In this document: one piece after another, positions 43,669 to 52,841 of the stretch | How the letters are laid out: the number at the start of each line of letters is the position of its first letter | How positions within the stretch are numbered: the first letter of the stretch is position 1 | IMG/VR virus record: IMGVR_UViG_3300033182_001391 | Location: 7,141-71,140 of that record | Origin: a virus | Strand: one strand, 5' to 3' | DNA length: 64,000 nt | Translations under genes and position numbers: made by a program | Notes under the pieces: model-generated | Told to the model about the DNA's origin: nothing | Database searches by the model: none | Seen by the model: only the letters and a program-made list of their open reading frames with translations

Positions 43669-44298
43669 CTACTGAAGACCCCACAGCTTCTGAGCAATTG
43701 GATCTTGAATACCAGCAGCTCCTGTAGGTTTGGCTTTATCATATCTTTCAGAGAAATCTTTAGCCTTTTGAGCTTCCTCTTCCGGATCTATTAACTGAAG
43801 TCTAAGTTCATTAGACTCTAAACCATTCATACCCTGTTTAATCTCAATAATTTTTTCCGCCAATGCGACCTTCTCAGATAGCTGAGAAAAAGTCATCTCT
43901 TCCAAATCTTCAGGCGAATATGTAGATATAGTAGCGAGAACAAACGCTTTCATTAAATTTTTAACTTGATTAGCTTCTTCTCTTTTTTCCTCCATAATAG
44001 CTTTTGCAAGCCCAGCGGAATAAAAGCCAGATAAATCAAGTATTTCTTCAGCAAGCAGAGATACTGTACCAGCAGGAATTTGATATATATCAAAACCTTC
44101 AGGATAAACAATTGCACTTTGAAGAATATAATCTTCTATGTCTGCAGAAGAAAATTCGTCAGACTCTTGAAAATAAACAATCTTACCGTATTCACTAAAA
44201 GTTAATTCCCTAAATATTAGAGGAATTTCTTTTATATTTACAGAATATATTTTACCGTATTTATTTTTTAGGTCAAAGATTGCATTATGATCCAACAT
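43669..44298 (-). CDS. Tail assembly chaperone 2
   Basis: LKNKYGKIYSV..LIFRELTFSEY..PAGTVSLLAEEILDLSGF; paralogue of the next gene; directly before the tape measure. Confidence 0.72.
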   Translation of the reverse strand: MLDHNAIFDLKNKYGKIYSVNIKEIPLIFRELTFSEYGKIVYFQESDEFSSADIEDYILQSAIVYPEGFDIYQIPAGTVSLLAEEILDLSGFYSAGLAKAIMEEKREEANQVKNLMKAFVLATISTYSPEDLEEMTFSQLSEKVALAEKIIEIKQGMNGLESNELRLQLIDPEEEAQKAKDFSERYDKAKPTGAAGIQDPIAQKLWGLQ

Positions 44299-44302
44299 CT
44301 CA

Positions 44303-44830
44303 TCAGAGCTGCCTAACCTCTAGAGCAACAAAGCCAGAAGCCTCTAAAACCTCCTGGGCAATAAGAGACGGAAGACCAGCCATCTCATTCTTAATAGCAG
44401 ACGAATTATAACTTGGATACAAAATGCATAACTCAGAAACAGTCTCCTCATTCCACATATTTGCCTCTGCAGAAGAAAGCTCACCAGTCTGAATCATATC
44501 TTCCATCTTCTTAACAATCTGCTTGTACTCTAATCGATTAAGTACACGCCAAACGACATGCTTATCGAAAGAAATAGAAGTTACATAAACCTCACCGTAC
44601 TGACTCTTCCACTGCTTGATCATAGCAGCAGTAGGGCCGCCGTCCCAAATCTCCTCATTATCATCAAGATCCTCGACAGCAACAGATTCTTCAACCTCAA
44701 GATCTAATTCCTCATCCCTAACATCTACAGCATCAGGATCTTCAGAAATAGACAGTGTTGTTACATCATCAAACTCTAAATTTTTTATAGCTTCTGGAGT
44801 TTCAGAAACCACAACTTTTTTATCGGACAT
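44303..44830 (-). CDS. Tail assembly chaperone 1
   Basis: WKSQYGEVYVT..VVWRVLNRLEY..AGLPSLIAQEVLEASGF; acidic N-terminus; AAGGAG RBS. Confidence 0.75.
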   Translation of the reverse strand: MSDKKVVVSETPEAIKNLEFDDVTTLSISEDPDAVDVRDEELDLEVEESVAVEDLDDNEEIWDGGPTAAMIKQWKSQYGEVYVTSISFDKHVVWRVLNRLEYKQIVKKMEDMIQTGELSSAEANMWNEETVSELCILYPSYNSSAIKNEMAGLPSLIAQEVLEASGFVALEVRQL

Positions 44831-44858
44831 TATAATCTCCTTACAGTATACTCATAAC

Positions 44859-44887
44859 ATTATATCACTTACGTGAAACAAAATCTA
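44859..44887 (-). promoter_or_regulatory. Sigma70/SigA-type extended -10 promoter
   Basis: TAGATT-17 nt-TATAAT with TG extension (TGATATAAT), about 30 nt upstream of the chaperone ATG. Confidence 0.6.
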
Positions 44888-44909
44888 TACAAAATAGATT
44901 AATAAAAAA

Positions 44910-45830
44910 TTAGGCGTAAGTACCGCCAGTATAATTCGTAGAAGGAATAAAAGAACTTTCATCATCCTGCCCCACAGGATAATCATCCGAAGAAACAGTT
45001 GTTCTAATATTCTTAACAAAAGAAAGATCTATCTTACTGAAATAATAATCTCTAGCAATAAACTGATAGCTCTCAGCAACTGGTTGGCCGCCCGGCGTAT
45101 ATGCAGTAGACATATTCATTAGGTGCACTTGTTGCAAAACTATTTTCATAGGATCTTTAAACTGATCAACCTGAACACTTCTCTCGTTAACATCTGAATG
45201 CATTAATCTATCTAAAGAATCTGAAACATCTTGATCAGTGTTCCTTAAAAGACCAGAAGGAGTAAGGGCTGTTTCTTCAGCACCGTACATTATAACAAAG
45301 TTAAATGGTGGATGAGCGCTAAAAATATTTCTTCCATCTATACCATCGGATGCAGGATCTGAAGTTATTCTATCTAGCTGACTATATGACCAGTACTTTT
45401 GAAGATTAGCCTCATCTTGACGAGTAGTATTTTGTGGCGACATCCTAGTAAGAACCTTATCATTGCTGCCCCTATTCTCCACATTAGTTCTAACCTCTGC
45501 GGCCTTTGCTAGCATATCGGTCATTCTCTGAGGATATCTAGTAAACAATGTTATTTCGCCAGTAATCACTCTCGTACCTAGCATGACAGTGTCATAGTTA
45601 TATGACCAAAAACCATAAAGAGGCTGCTTCTCCTGTCTAACCGAATATGCAAACGAAGCAATATCTAACTCATCTGTAGGATCATACAAACCGTCAATAA
45701 AAACCTTTACATCTTCACCACTAAAATAATAGTCATAGTATGTATTAAATTTAGCGTAAGATGAATCTGACTGACCAGACCAAACAAGATCTATCTCATC
45801 AGACAAAAGATTAAATGTTCTATTATCCAT
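44910..45830 (-). CDS. Tail tube-family protein (probable baseplate tube initiator)
   Basis: YFSGEDV, YSVRQEKQPLYG, GTRVITGEITLFT, PPFNFVI and YQFIARD are shared with the major tube. Confidence 0.75.
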   Translation of the reverse strand: MDNRTFNLLSDEIDLVWSGQSDSSYAKFNTYYDYYFSGEDVKVFIDGLYDPTDELDIASFAYSVRQEKQPLYGFWSYNYDTVMLGTRVITGEITLFTRYPQRMTDMLAKAAEVRTNVENRGSNDKVLTRMSPQNTTRQDEANLQKYWSYSQLDRITSDPASDGIDGRNIFSAHPPFNFVIMYGAEETALTPSGLLRNTDQDVSDSLDRLMHSDVNERSVQVDQFKDPMKIVLQQVHLMNMSTAYTPGGQPVAESYQFIARDYYFSKIDLSFVKNIRTTVSSDDYPVGQDDESSFIPSTNYTGGTYA

Positions 45831-46585
45831 TACGGTCCTAAGGGCTCTGATACTTCAACGGTTTGCAAAAAAGAACTATACTCATCTATAACATCACCAA
45901 AAATATTCTTAGAAATTTGAATATCTCTATCTATTTCAGCTTGAGACCTAAAGAAACTTTCATCCTTACCAACTAGCCTGGTAAGAGGCTGAATATTTCT
46001 AGCCATATAGGTATAAGTCTGTTCAGTAATTAGGTCATCTATAGATATAGTCTGACCTTCATCCACTATAGTAACACCCATAATCTTCATTTTTGAGGCT
46101 TGACCATATTCATTAAAGAAGGAAATTACAATATCAAACGGCGGCAACATGTCAGCCAATGGCGCAAAGAAACCTTGACGAGCAAGAAATTCCCTATACT
46201 GAGATATCCTATAGAAAGCATACTCGTTAAAAACAGTAAAAATTAAGCTGCCAGCAATAGTTCTACCGCCCTTAATAAAACCCCTAGGATTAACATGGCC
46301 AAGAGTTCTAACTGGAGAGTTTTCTCTGTGTATAGAATAAGATATTGTCTGCAATTCGCCAAGTTCTATTGGTTGACCGGGGCCAATAGCATTACCGTCT
46401 GGTGATATTTCTGGTACAACTATAGTTACAGTAGCATCAGAACCAGAAAAAGAATTATAAGTAGATCTATAACCAACAGTATTCGTATTTACATAATAAT
46501 TAGAATTTGCATCTGTAGAATCTGAATCATTACCTACAACGGGATTTGGATTCCCGGTATCAGGTTCTCTATTTTGCTCTGGCAT
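45830..46585 (-). CDS. Tail tube-family protein (probable baseplate tube initiator)
   Basis: SFSGSDA, LQTISYSIHRE, GGRTIAGSLIFTVF, LPPFDI, EQTYTYMAR. Start moved from 46609 to ATG 46585, which has a GAGGAG RBS; 46609 lies inside the terminator. Confidence 0.8.
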   Translation of the reverse strand: MPEQNREPDTGNPNPVVGNDSDSTDANSNYYVNTNTVGYRSTYNSFSGSDATVTIVVPEISPDGNAIGPGQPIELGELQTISYSIHRENSPVRTLGHVNPRGFIKGGRTIAGSLIFTVFNEYAFYRISQYREFLARQGFFAPLADMLPPFDIVISFFNEYGQASKMKIMGVTIVDEGQTISIDDLITEQTYTYMARNIQPLTRLVGKDESFFRSQAEIDRDIQISKNIFGDVIDEYSSFLQTVEVSEPLGP

Positions 46586-46595
46586 AAATCTCCTC

Positions 46596-46635
46596 AAAAA
46601 AATGCGCACGAAGAATAATACTCCGTGCGCATTTT
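46596..46635 (-). terminator. Intrinsic terminator after the tail tube gene
   Basis: AAAAUGCGCACG-loop-CGUGCGCAUUUUUUU on the minus strand. Confidence 0.85.
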
Positions 46636-46655
46636 AATAACTATAAATATTTTTA

Positions 46656-47324
46656 TCAGGGTCTGATAATAGTGCTATCTAACTGATTCTCAACGACTAA
46701 ACCTTCATCATTGGAAGTGACTGTACCATCATCATTCTTAGCCTTAATTGTATACATTGGGCCAAGCTCTCTGGCAACGTAAGTCATTGTCTCTTCAATA
46801 ACAATATCATCCATCGAAGCGCCAGAACCCTCATTAAGAAGCTCAACGCCATAGATGGATCTAGCTGAACCCTGACCGTATTCATTAACAAAAGTTATTG
46901 TAATGTCAAACGGAGGAATTTGATCCGCATAAAATGGCATCTCTCTAACAACACCTGTCTCGTCGCTGTAAACAGAAGAAATGCCACGAGTTCTGCCACC
47001 ATCATTATCTGTGGTAGCAGGAATGGCGTTATGTGTCCTGGTGTAATAGTATTGCGCATCTCTGCCATAATTCTCTGCAAGCATCGTGTAGAGAGCAGGG
47101 CGGTCAAAGACCGTAAAGATTAATGAACCAGCAATACCTCTTTTACCACGAGAGAAAGAACGCGGGTTAGGTGAGCCCATTGTATAAATAGGTGCTTTTT
47201 CTCTTGTAACAGAGAAGGTGATACCAGAAAGAGCACCAATTTCTACGCCACCAAAAGTAGCTACAATGTCTGCACCAGAGAATGTAGTGTAAGTATTTAA
47301 ATATTTGTTTACATCATCAGCCAT
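46656..47324 (-). CDS. Major tail tube protein
   Basis: Directly after the sheath; strong GGAGG RBS; followed by a terminator; TFSGADI..REKAPIYTMG..RGKRGIAGSLIFTVFDR. Confidence 0.85.
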   Translation of the reverse strand: MADDVNKYLNTYTTFSGADIVATFGGVEIGALSGITFSVTREKAPIYTMGSPNPRSFSRGKRGIAGSLIFTVFDRPALYTMLAENYGRDAQYYYTRTHNAIPATTDNDGGRTRGISSVYSDETGVVREMPFYADQIPPFDITITFVNEYGQGSARSIYGVELLNEGSGASMDDIVIEETMTYVARELGPMYTIKAKNDDGTVTSNDEGLVVENQLDSTIIRP

Positions 47325-47351
47325 TTTAGTTTACCCTCCAATCGGTAATTA

Positions 47352-48593
47352 TCATATATCAACGGCTACTTGCACTTCGATATTCTTAAGTTCGAAGGCA
47401 GGTGTGATAACGAGATCAACTATCGCCTTATTTTGTGCAGGAAGATACGTTACCGCAAAGTCACTGCTTAACAAGGCACCTAGTAGCTGCATCCCTCTTA
47501 GGCCAGAGCTAATCGCTGTTTCCATTGAATTTCTGACCTGAATATTAGAAGGTTGACCGATAAACTTTTGGCAAACTCTTCTAACAATATTTGTTGCATC
47601 ATCAACAATTCTCTTAGTAGTAATTCTAGTATAATCTGAAGTTGCGGAAGCAAAAGTCACTGCGTCAGCAAAAACTGGAATCCTATTAAAGTTAACGATA
47701 GCTGCATTAATACCCTTCGTTGCTAACGTATTCTGTACTGTTCTTGAAGGTGAGTAACGAACCGAATCAACATTAAACAGTGGCTTATTAACAACAGAGA
47801 CATATGAAGAGGTTGAAGTTAATGTGGCGGCCATTGAGGCGGCTGCGTTAGTGTAACCAAAATCCACTCCATTAGAGTTGTAGTTAATGGGCTTAATTTC
47901 CCCGGCAACAACGATAACATAAGGTCCAACAGCTGAAAGTGTTAAATCAGATGTAGAAGGAAGATTACTGAGGGCGAGATGACTATTGATCTGTGATGGA
48001 GTCATCTTCTCTGTAGTTGAAATGTAAGGCTTAACACCCATCACCGCTATGCAAGGATTAGTATTCTCGGAAATAGACTTAACCTTTAAGCCAACCTGAT
48101 ATGCCCAGTTTTGAGAGACGGTCGAACTATTATCAGCATGGAAACCGTACTCCGCATCGTTACTAGGTGTGGCCGGATCTTCCCAGTCGTCTGGATGACC
48201 ACCACGACCCCAAGGAATAATAATGTCTGGAACTGAAGACTCAGCTGCATCAAAAGCTGCATCAAAAAGACCAGCGCCAAAATCTGAACTAGTAACAGCA
48301 CCATTTGTATGATTAAAAACCGTGTCACTAGGAAGTGGTACTAGGTAGATCCTATCAGCGCCAGCTGAAACAAGCTCTTTATATGATCTGTGAATATCGG
48401 AACCATCACCGAATGCAGTTATAACATCTGCTTCGTTGGTTGCACGATAAGAATCAACGTCAGCTATCCCACCAGTATTGTTCGCTGTGCTTCTACGAGC
48501 AATAGCGACAACCCTAGGACCAGTTGGCGTGTCGGTGCGAGAAACGCTATAAAAACGATCTCTAATAATCGTATTTACTCCAGGTGTAGCCAT
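47352..48593 (-). CDS. Tail sheath protein
   Basis: Starts MATPGV; C-terminal sheath motifs DAVTFA..SDYTRITTKRIV..KFIGQP..VITPAFELKNIEV. Confidence 0.88.
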   Translation of the reverse strand: MATPGVNTIIRDRFYSVSRTDTPTGPRVVAIARRSTANNTGGIADVDSYRATNEADVITAFGDGSDIHRSYKELVSAGADRIYLVPLPSDTVFNHTNGAVTSSDFGAGLFDAAFDAAESSVPDIIIPWGRGGHPDDWEDPATPSNDAEYGFHADNSSTVSQNWAYQVGLKVKSISENTNPCIAVMGVKPYISTTEKMTPSQINSHLALSNLPSTSDLTLSAVGPYVIVVAGEIKPINYNSNGVDFGYTNAAASMAATLTSTSSYVSVVNKPLFNVDSVRYSPSRTVQNTLATKGINAAIVNFNRIPVFADAVTFASATSDYTRITTKRIVDDATNIVRRVCQKFIGQPSNIQVRNSMETAISSGLRGMQLLGALLSSDFAVTYLPAQNKAIVDLVITPAFELKNIEVQVAVDI

Positions 48594-48635
48594 ATTGTCT
48601 TAAGACCTCCGATTATGGAACTTACTAATCTCCAC

Positions 48636-48647
48636 ATATAGTAACGT
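48636..48647 (-). promoter_or_regulatory. Putative late promoter (TTACTAT motif)
   Basis: ACGTTACTATAT in the intergenic region upstream of the sheath; the same core lies upstream of three other operon starts. Confidence 0.5.
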
Positions 48648-48702
48648 ACAACTTATAAAAACAACCATCAAACAGTTTTCTGACTACAACAAATATATAA
48701 GA

Positions 48703-49575
48703 TTATAGCGAATTTGGTGTTGCACCCTGGAAAAGATCCGTTTGAGTAAAAGAAATACTACCATCAATAGCAGAAATATCTGGTGTCGCGGCATTGCTCG
48801 CAACCCAAAGTCTAATATCGCCAGAAATATTTTGAATCACGTTATTTCTAATCGCAAAAACCTTTTCAGTTGTTAACATGTATGTAACAGTTCTTTTATG
48901 AATATCTTTTCCATCTCTATTTATTTCAGAATCAGAAAGTCTCCTAGAATAAACTAGATCTGAGGCACCAGCTGCTTTGAATATGGGTGTAAATTCTAAC
49001 ATGAAATCTTCAAAAGCTTCAATAACTTCATCACACAGAACAGCTGCATCTAAATCATCTCTAGTTGTAGTGGTGTTTTCTCCTTGAAAAGTACCAACTT
49101 TAGACATAATTGTGAAGCCAACTATATTTTGAAACTTTTGACCATAGATAGTATATTCATTATTTATTACATTCTGGCGCATTCTTGGCTTTGGTTCTGT
49201 AGTGTGGCTTTTACGAAGCTCTAAAGAATATCCTATTATTGCAGGGTATTCATCTAGACTAGATGTACCAGTAAAGCTGGGACTATCAGCCGAATTTGAA
49301 ACAGAAGAAGTTATATTTGCTGAATCGCCAGAAAAACTGTAAGTAGAAAAAGCTTCCCTATTAGCTGAATAAGGAAACATTGGAATATTAGGATGGCTAT
49401 CTTCCCATATTTTTTTAACCATTAAAATAAATTCTAGATAACTTAAACTACCTGTTTGAAAAATCTCTAAATTATTGTTTATATACCCAGGAGAAATTAA
49501 AACTGGCTCACTTAAAATATCAGGCCAACTACTGTTAACATTATCTATTGGAAAATTTCTATTAATATAAGCCAT
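48703..49575 (-). CDS. Putative tail terminator/completion protein
   Basis: Position just before the sheath; YGQKFQNIVGFTI...IEAFEDFMLEFTPIFK..G.SDLVY pattern. Confidence 0.55.
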   Translation of the reverse strand: MAYINRNFPIDNVNSSWPDILSEPVLISPGYINNNLEIFQTGSLSYLEFILMVKKIWEDSHPNIPMFPYSANREAFSTYSFSGDSANITSSVSNSADSPSFTGTSSLDEYPAIIGYSLELRKSHTTEPKPRMRQNVINNEYTIYGQKFQNIVGFTIMSKVGTFQGENTTTTRDDLDAAVLCDEVIEAFEDFMLEFTPIFKAAGASDLVYSRRLSDSEINRDGKDIHKRTVTYMLTTEKVFAIRNNVIQNISGDIRLWVASNAATPDISAIDGSISFTQTDLFQGATPNSL

Positions 49576-49576
49576 A

Positions 49577-51169
49577 TTACACCGCCGGACCAGCTGAGAG
49601 TGAGAAGTTAATATTCTTCAAACCCAGTGAAGATAGTACATCTACATAAAATATTAACTCACCAGGATTATCAGTTCTCTTAGTTATATTTAAAGAATAA
49701 TCTGAAATAACATTATTAAATTTTAAATCATTCAAAAAATCAACAGACTGACTTTTTACCTTATCATAACTAAAGCGACCGATAGCCCCTTCAGCAAAGA
49801 ACTTTATTTCACTAACTATCCTTGCTACAAGTTTCATCTGAGCAAGTTTGTGAAGAGAAGAAGATGAATGAGACAACGTATATTCATTGGAAACATAAAC
49901 CTCAAAAGGAACAGAACGACGAGTTTTCTTACCTCGATAAATAGTATTTATACCATAAGAGTCCAAAAGATTGTGCTGTTCTTGAGTTAGATCTAAACCA
50001 TATAGAGACATGGCCTCAGGAATTCTTTTTCTAACCAACGACTGAGACAGGCTTGCCGCAGCGCTCATGCCAGCAATAGCTGCAACTGGCGAACCTATAT
50101 ATGATCTAAATAGATGGGGATGTTTAAATACAACTTCACCATAAACAGGAACAACAAATCTACCATTATCACTAGTTATTTGATTACCAGAAAAAGTAGT
50201 TAACTTATTTATCAATACTGAATTAGATTGTATAGAATCTATATCTGCAGAATTGACTCCACCAGATCTGGATCCAATGAACCCAATTTGAACATTACCA
50301 GTATAATTATGAAAATCTGTACAATAATTAGCTAGCTGCGAAACAAAGTCAACATCACCAGTATTTATAATAGAAGTTTCTAGCGGAACAACAATATCTA
50401 CAAAATCCAAATCTTTTATAAAAGAATATGTCGTTTCTAACCTTTCATAATATTTCTCATAAAAAGTTTTCTGCGCAGGGCTAATTTCATCGTACTCAAA
50501 AGCAGAAGTCGAAACCAATCTATTCTCAAAAAGATTAACATACTCATTCATTCTTGCAACAGAACAAACAACTATATCCCTAGCACCTGCTGCATAGGCG
50601 TCAAATACACCCCTTAGTAAAGGAGAGGAATCATCTGCACCAAGAATATCAACTGCAGACTGAACACTAGGTATTCTTACGGGCTCATTTAAAGGAAGAT
50701 TATTTGAGTGACCCAACAACAATATAGTTGAAGTATTAGACTTATTTACCTGGTCATAATTAGCCCTATAATTTACAACAGTATTAGAATTATTAGAGAT
50801 AACAACAGGATTTAAGGAAACAGCCCCTTCATTTACTTGAAAGAAAGATTGAATTTCAAGAGACCCATTTTCATCAAACGTATTAGCTAAAACAGAGTAC
50901 TTACCCTGAAAAAGTCCATTAGGAACCTTGTAATTAAAAGTATATTCTCCGCTTGCAGAAACTTCTATATAAGTATCACTATCTGGAGTAGAAGGCTGAG
51001 AAAGATACGAATAAGGACCATCAATAACAGGACCATTACCCATCTCACCACGAATAATATTAAATCTAACATCAACAGGTGTAGCAGCATTAACTGGATC
51101 GTAAACTACACCATCTCTAATAAACAAAAATTTAAACGATGCAACAGATCCTCTTTGAACAGTAAACAT
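49577..51169 (-). CDS. Second sheath-family protein with N-terminal Ig-like domain
   Basis: Sheath-like motifs LLRGVFDAYAAGARDI, GINTIY, LAQMKLVARIV..IGR; about 110-aa beta-sandwich N-terminus. Confidence 0.65.
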   Translation of the reverse strand: MFTVQRGSVASFKFLFIRDGVVYDPVNAATPVDVRFNIIRGEMGNGPVIDGPYSYLSQPSTPDSDTYIEVSASGEYTFNYKVPNGLFQGKYSVLANTFDENGSLEIQSFFQVNEGAVSLNPVVISNNSNTVVNYRANYDQVNKSNTSTILLLGHSNNLPLNEPVRIPSVQSAVDILGADDSSPLLRGVFDAYAAGARDIVVCSVARMNEYVNLFENRLVSTSAFEYDEISPAQKTFYEKYYERLETTYSFIKDLDFVDIVVPLETSIINTGDVDFVSQLANYCTDFHNYTGNVQIGFIGSRSGGVNSADIDSIQSNSVLINKLTTFSGNQITSDNGRFVVPVYGEVVFKHPHLFRSYIGSPVAAIAGMSAAASLSQSLVRKRIPEAMSLYGLDLTQEQHNLLDSYGINTIYRGKKTRRSVPFEVYVSNEYTLSHSSSSLHKLAQMKLVARIVSEIKFFAEGAIGRFSYDKVKSQSVDFLNDLKFNNVISDYSLNITKRTDNPGELIFYVDVLSSLGLKNINFSLSAGPAV

Positions 51170-51171
51170 AA

Positions 51172-51543
51172 TTATCTCTCTCTAGAAGCACCAACAATCC
51201 AATAGTTTATTTTACCTAGTCTACCACGAACAGGGGTAACGGCATCAATTTTAAATACAGTATAATTCTTATTTAACTTACTAGAAAACCCTTCATATAT
51301 TCTATCACCCTCAGTAGGATTTACAATATCCTCAAAATAATAAACTGCATCATACCTGACAACCAAGCCCTCATCCATCTCATGTGCAGACGTAGTATTT
51401 GCTATTCCTGACTGCCCAACCTGCCTCGTAGTAACCATCTCAAATTCATCACAATAATTACCATTAGACAAAAGTCTTTGCAGATAAACGTCATGACCCC
51501 ATTCTTTAAGAATCTTTTTGAAAGTTCTTTTAGGATCAATCAT
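51172..51543 (-). CDS. Putative head closure (stopper) protein
   Basis: ILKEWGHDVYLQR..YYFEDIVNPTEGDRIYE pattern, size and position. Confidence 0.6.
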   Translation of the reverse strand: MIDPKRTFKKILKEWGHDVYLQRLLSNGNYCDEFEMVTTRQVGQSGIANTTSAHEMDEGLVVRYDAVYYFEDIVNPTEGDRIYEGFSSKLNKNYTVFKIDAVTPVRGRLGKINYWIVGASRER

Positions 51544-52441
51544 AACTTCTCAGATCCCTATCTGGCATTGGGTCATCCTTAAGGGTAACCTTTCTACCCG
51601 GACCATAAAGATCTCTGTCCGTAAGATATACCACCTTACCCGTCTCGGCCTCAATTTGCTTACCACTAGTTGTTACTCTCTTACCAGGAAGACCCTTAGG
51701 CTGAATCGAAGTAGGTCCAACTCTACCTGCCAACATTTCTTTTCTTAAAGCTGTAGCTATCTGACACCACGTTGTCGCATTATCTCTATTGACAACATTT
51801 CTTGGAATAGATCTATTACTTATAGAAAGATCACCAAGTGAAATAGATGTTTCATCGTCCCCACCAAAACCATATGTTCTAGTCAAGTCACAAGCAGTAG
51901 CAGCTTTTATATACTCGGAAACTATAAACGGTAAACCTGATCCATCTTCACTATCTTGAAGATTATAAATAGATTTAACTTCTAAAGAATATGAATGAAT
52001 TATCTCACCTATCTCAAGCAGAGTTGCATCAGGGAAAATGGCAAGAAGTGATTCTGGATCTATATACAAAGGATCAACATCTGGAGCAAATGCAATAACC
52101 TCATCAGACTTCAGGGTTACCGTTGGCTTATACTCTTGCTCAGGAGTAAAAGAACTAACATACAATCTTTGCTTAACTACAACAGAGTTACCAGAGCTTA
52201 AAGTGCCAGTAAAAGTAATCTCATAAGTATCTGCAGAATCAGGAACATAATCATAATAGAATACAGATGCAGACTCCTGAACCGCATCATCAGCTAAGAC
52301 TTCTGTACCAGAACTATTAACAATTTTAATTAGTACGGTAGCAGGAAAAATATCAACCTCATTACCTGTTAATGGGTCAACATCTACAAATCTTACACGT
52401 ATTCTTACAGTATCATTAACTAGAATTTGCTGAGTAGACAT
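51536..52441 (-). CDS. Putative head-tail adaptor with N-terminal Ig-like domain
   Basis: Beta-rich N-terminus, then PLYIDP..EYIKAATAC..SISLGDLSIS adaptor-like domain. Confidence 0.6.
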   Translation of the reverse strand: MSTQQILVNDTVRIRVRFVDVDPLTGNEVDIFPATVLIKIVNSSGTEVLADDAVQESASVFYYDYVPDSADTYEITFTGTLSSGNSVVVKQRLYVSSFTPEQEYKPTVTLKSDEVIAFAPDVDPLYIDPESLLAIFPDATLLEIGEIIHSYSLEVKSIYNLQDSEDGSGLPFIVSEYIKAATACDLTRTYGFGGDDETSISLGDLSISNRSIPRNVVNRDNATTWCQIATALRKEMLAGRVGPTSIQPKGLPGKRVTTSGKQIEAETGKVVYLTDRDLYGPGRKVTLKDDPMPDRDLRSYD

Positions 52442-52454
52442 AAAAACTCCCGTA

Positions 52455-52826
52455 TTACGATGTTGGTATTATAGTAACGTCTACTGTACCAGCTGAATTT
52501 TCTTCCAGTACAATTGTTTCCGCACTAGTTATGGCATAAGCTTCTTCGTCTAAAACGCTGAAAGCTATATATCCACTATCATACGTCTCAAAAGTCATTG
52601 ATGACGGGCTAATAGTATTATCAACTACACCAGTTGAAATAATAACTTTTGTAGCGTCAACAAAAACTAAAGTAGAACCAATAGTCTCTGGAGATAAAAG
52701 TATTACTTTTAATACTTTGAAATCAGTTACAACAGAAGTGGGACCAAAAGAACTTGGCTCTACAACCCTTACACCATTATACTGAAAATACGGCTCATTA
52801 TACGTTACTGCTTCACTATAAAGCAT
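52455..52826 (-). CDS. Hypothetical virion protein (123 aa)
   Basis: Beta-rich ORF in the neck/fibre cluster. Confidence 0.6.
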   Translation of the reverse strand: MLYSEAVTYNEPYFQYNGVRVVEPSSFGPTSVVTDFKVLKVILLSPETIGSTLVFVDATKVIISTGVVDNTISPSSMTFETYDSGYIAFSVLDEEAYAITSAETIVLEENSAGTVDVTIIPTS

Positions 52827-52841
52827 GACGAGCCTTTCTTA

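Noticed and set aside
44290-44340. Programmed frameshift between the tail chaperones
   Set aside because: No X-XXY-YYZ heptamer near the stop, a double TGA, and the second gene has its own complete paralogous domain.
44882-44900. Small inverted repeat AATCTAT-ACAAA-ATAGATT
   Set aside because: AT-rich 7-bp stem, too weak to call a terminator and plausible by chance; it overlaps the putative -35.
46586-46609. Track start (46609) for the second tube paralogue
   Set aside because: It lies inside the terminator hairpin; ATG 46585 has a proper RBS.
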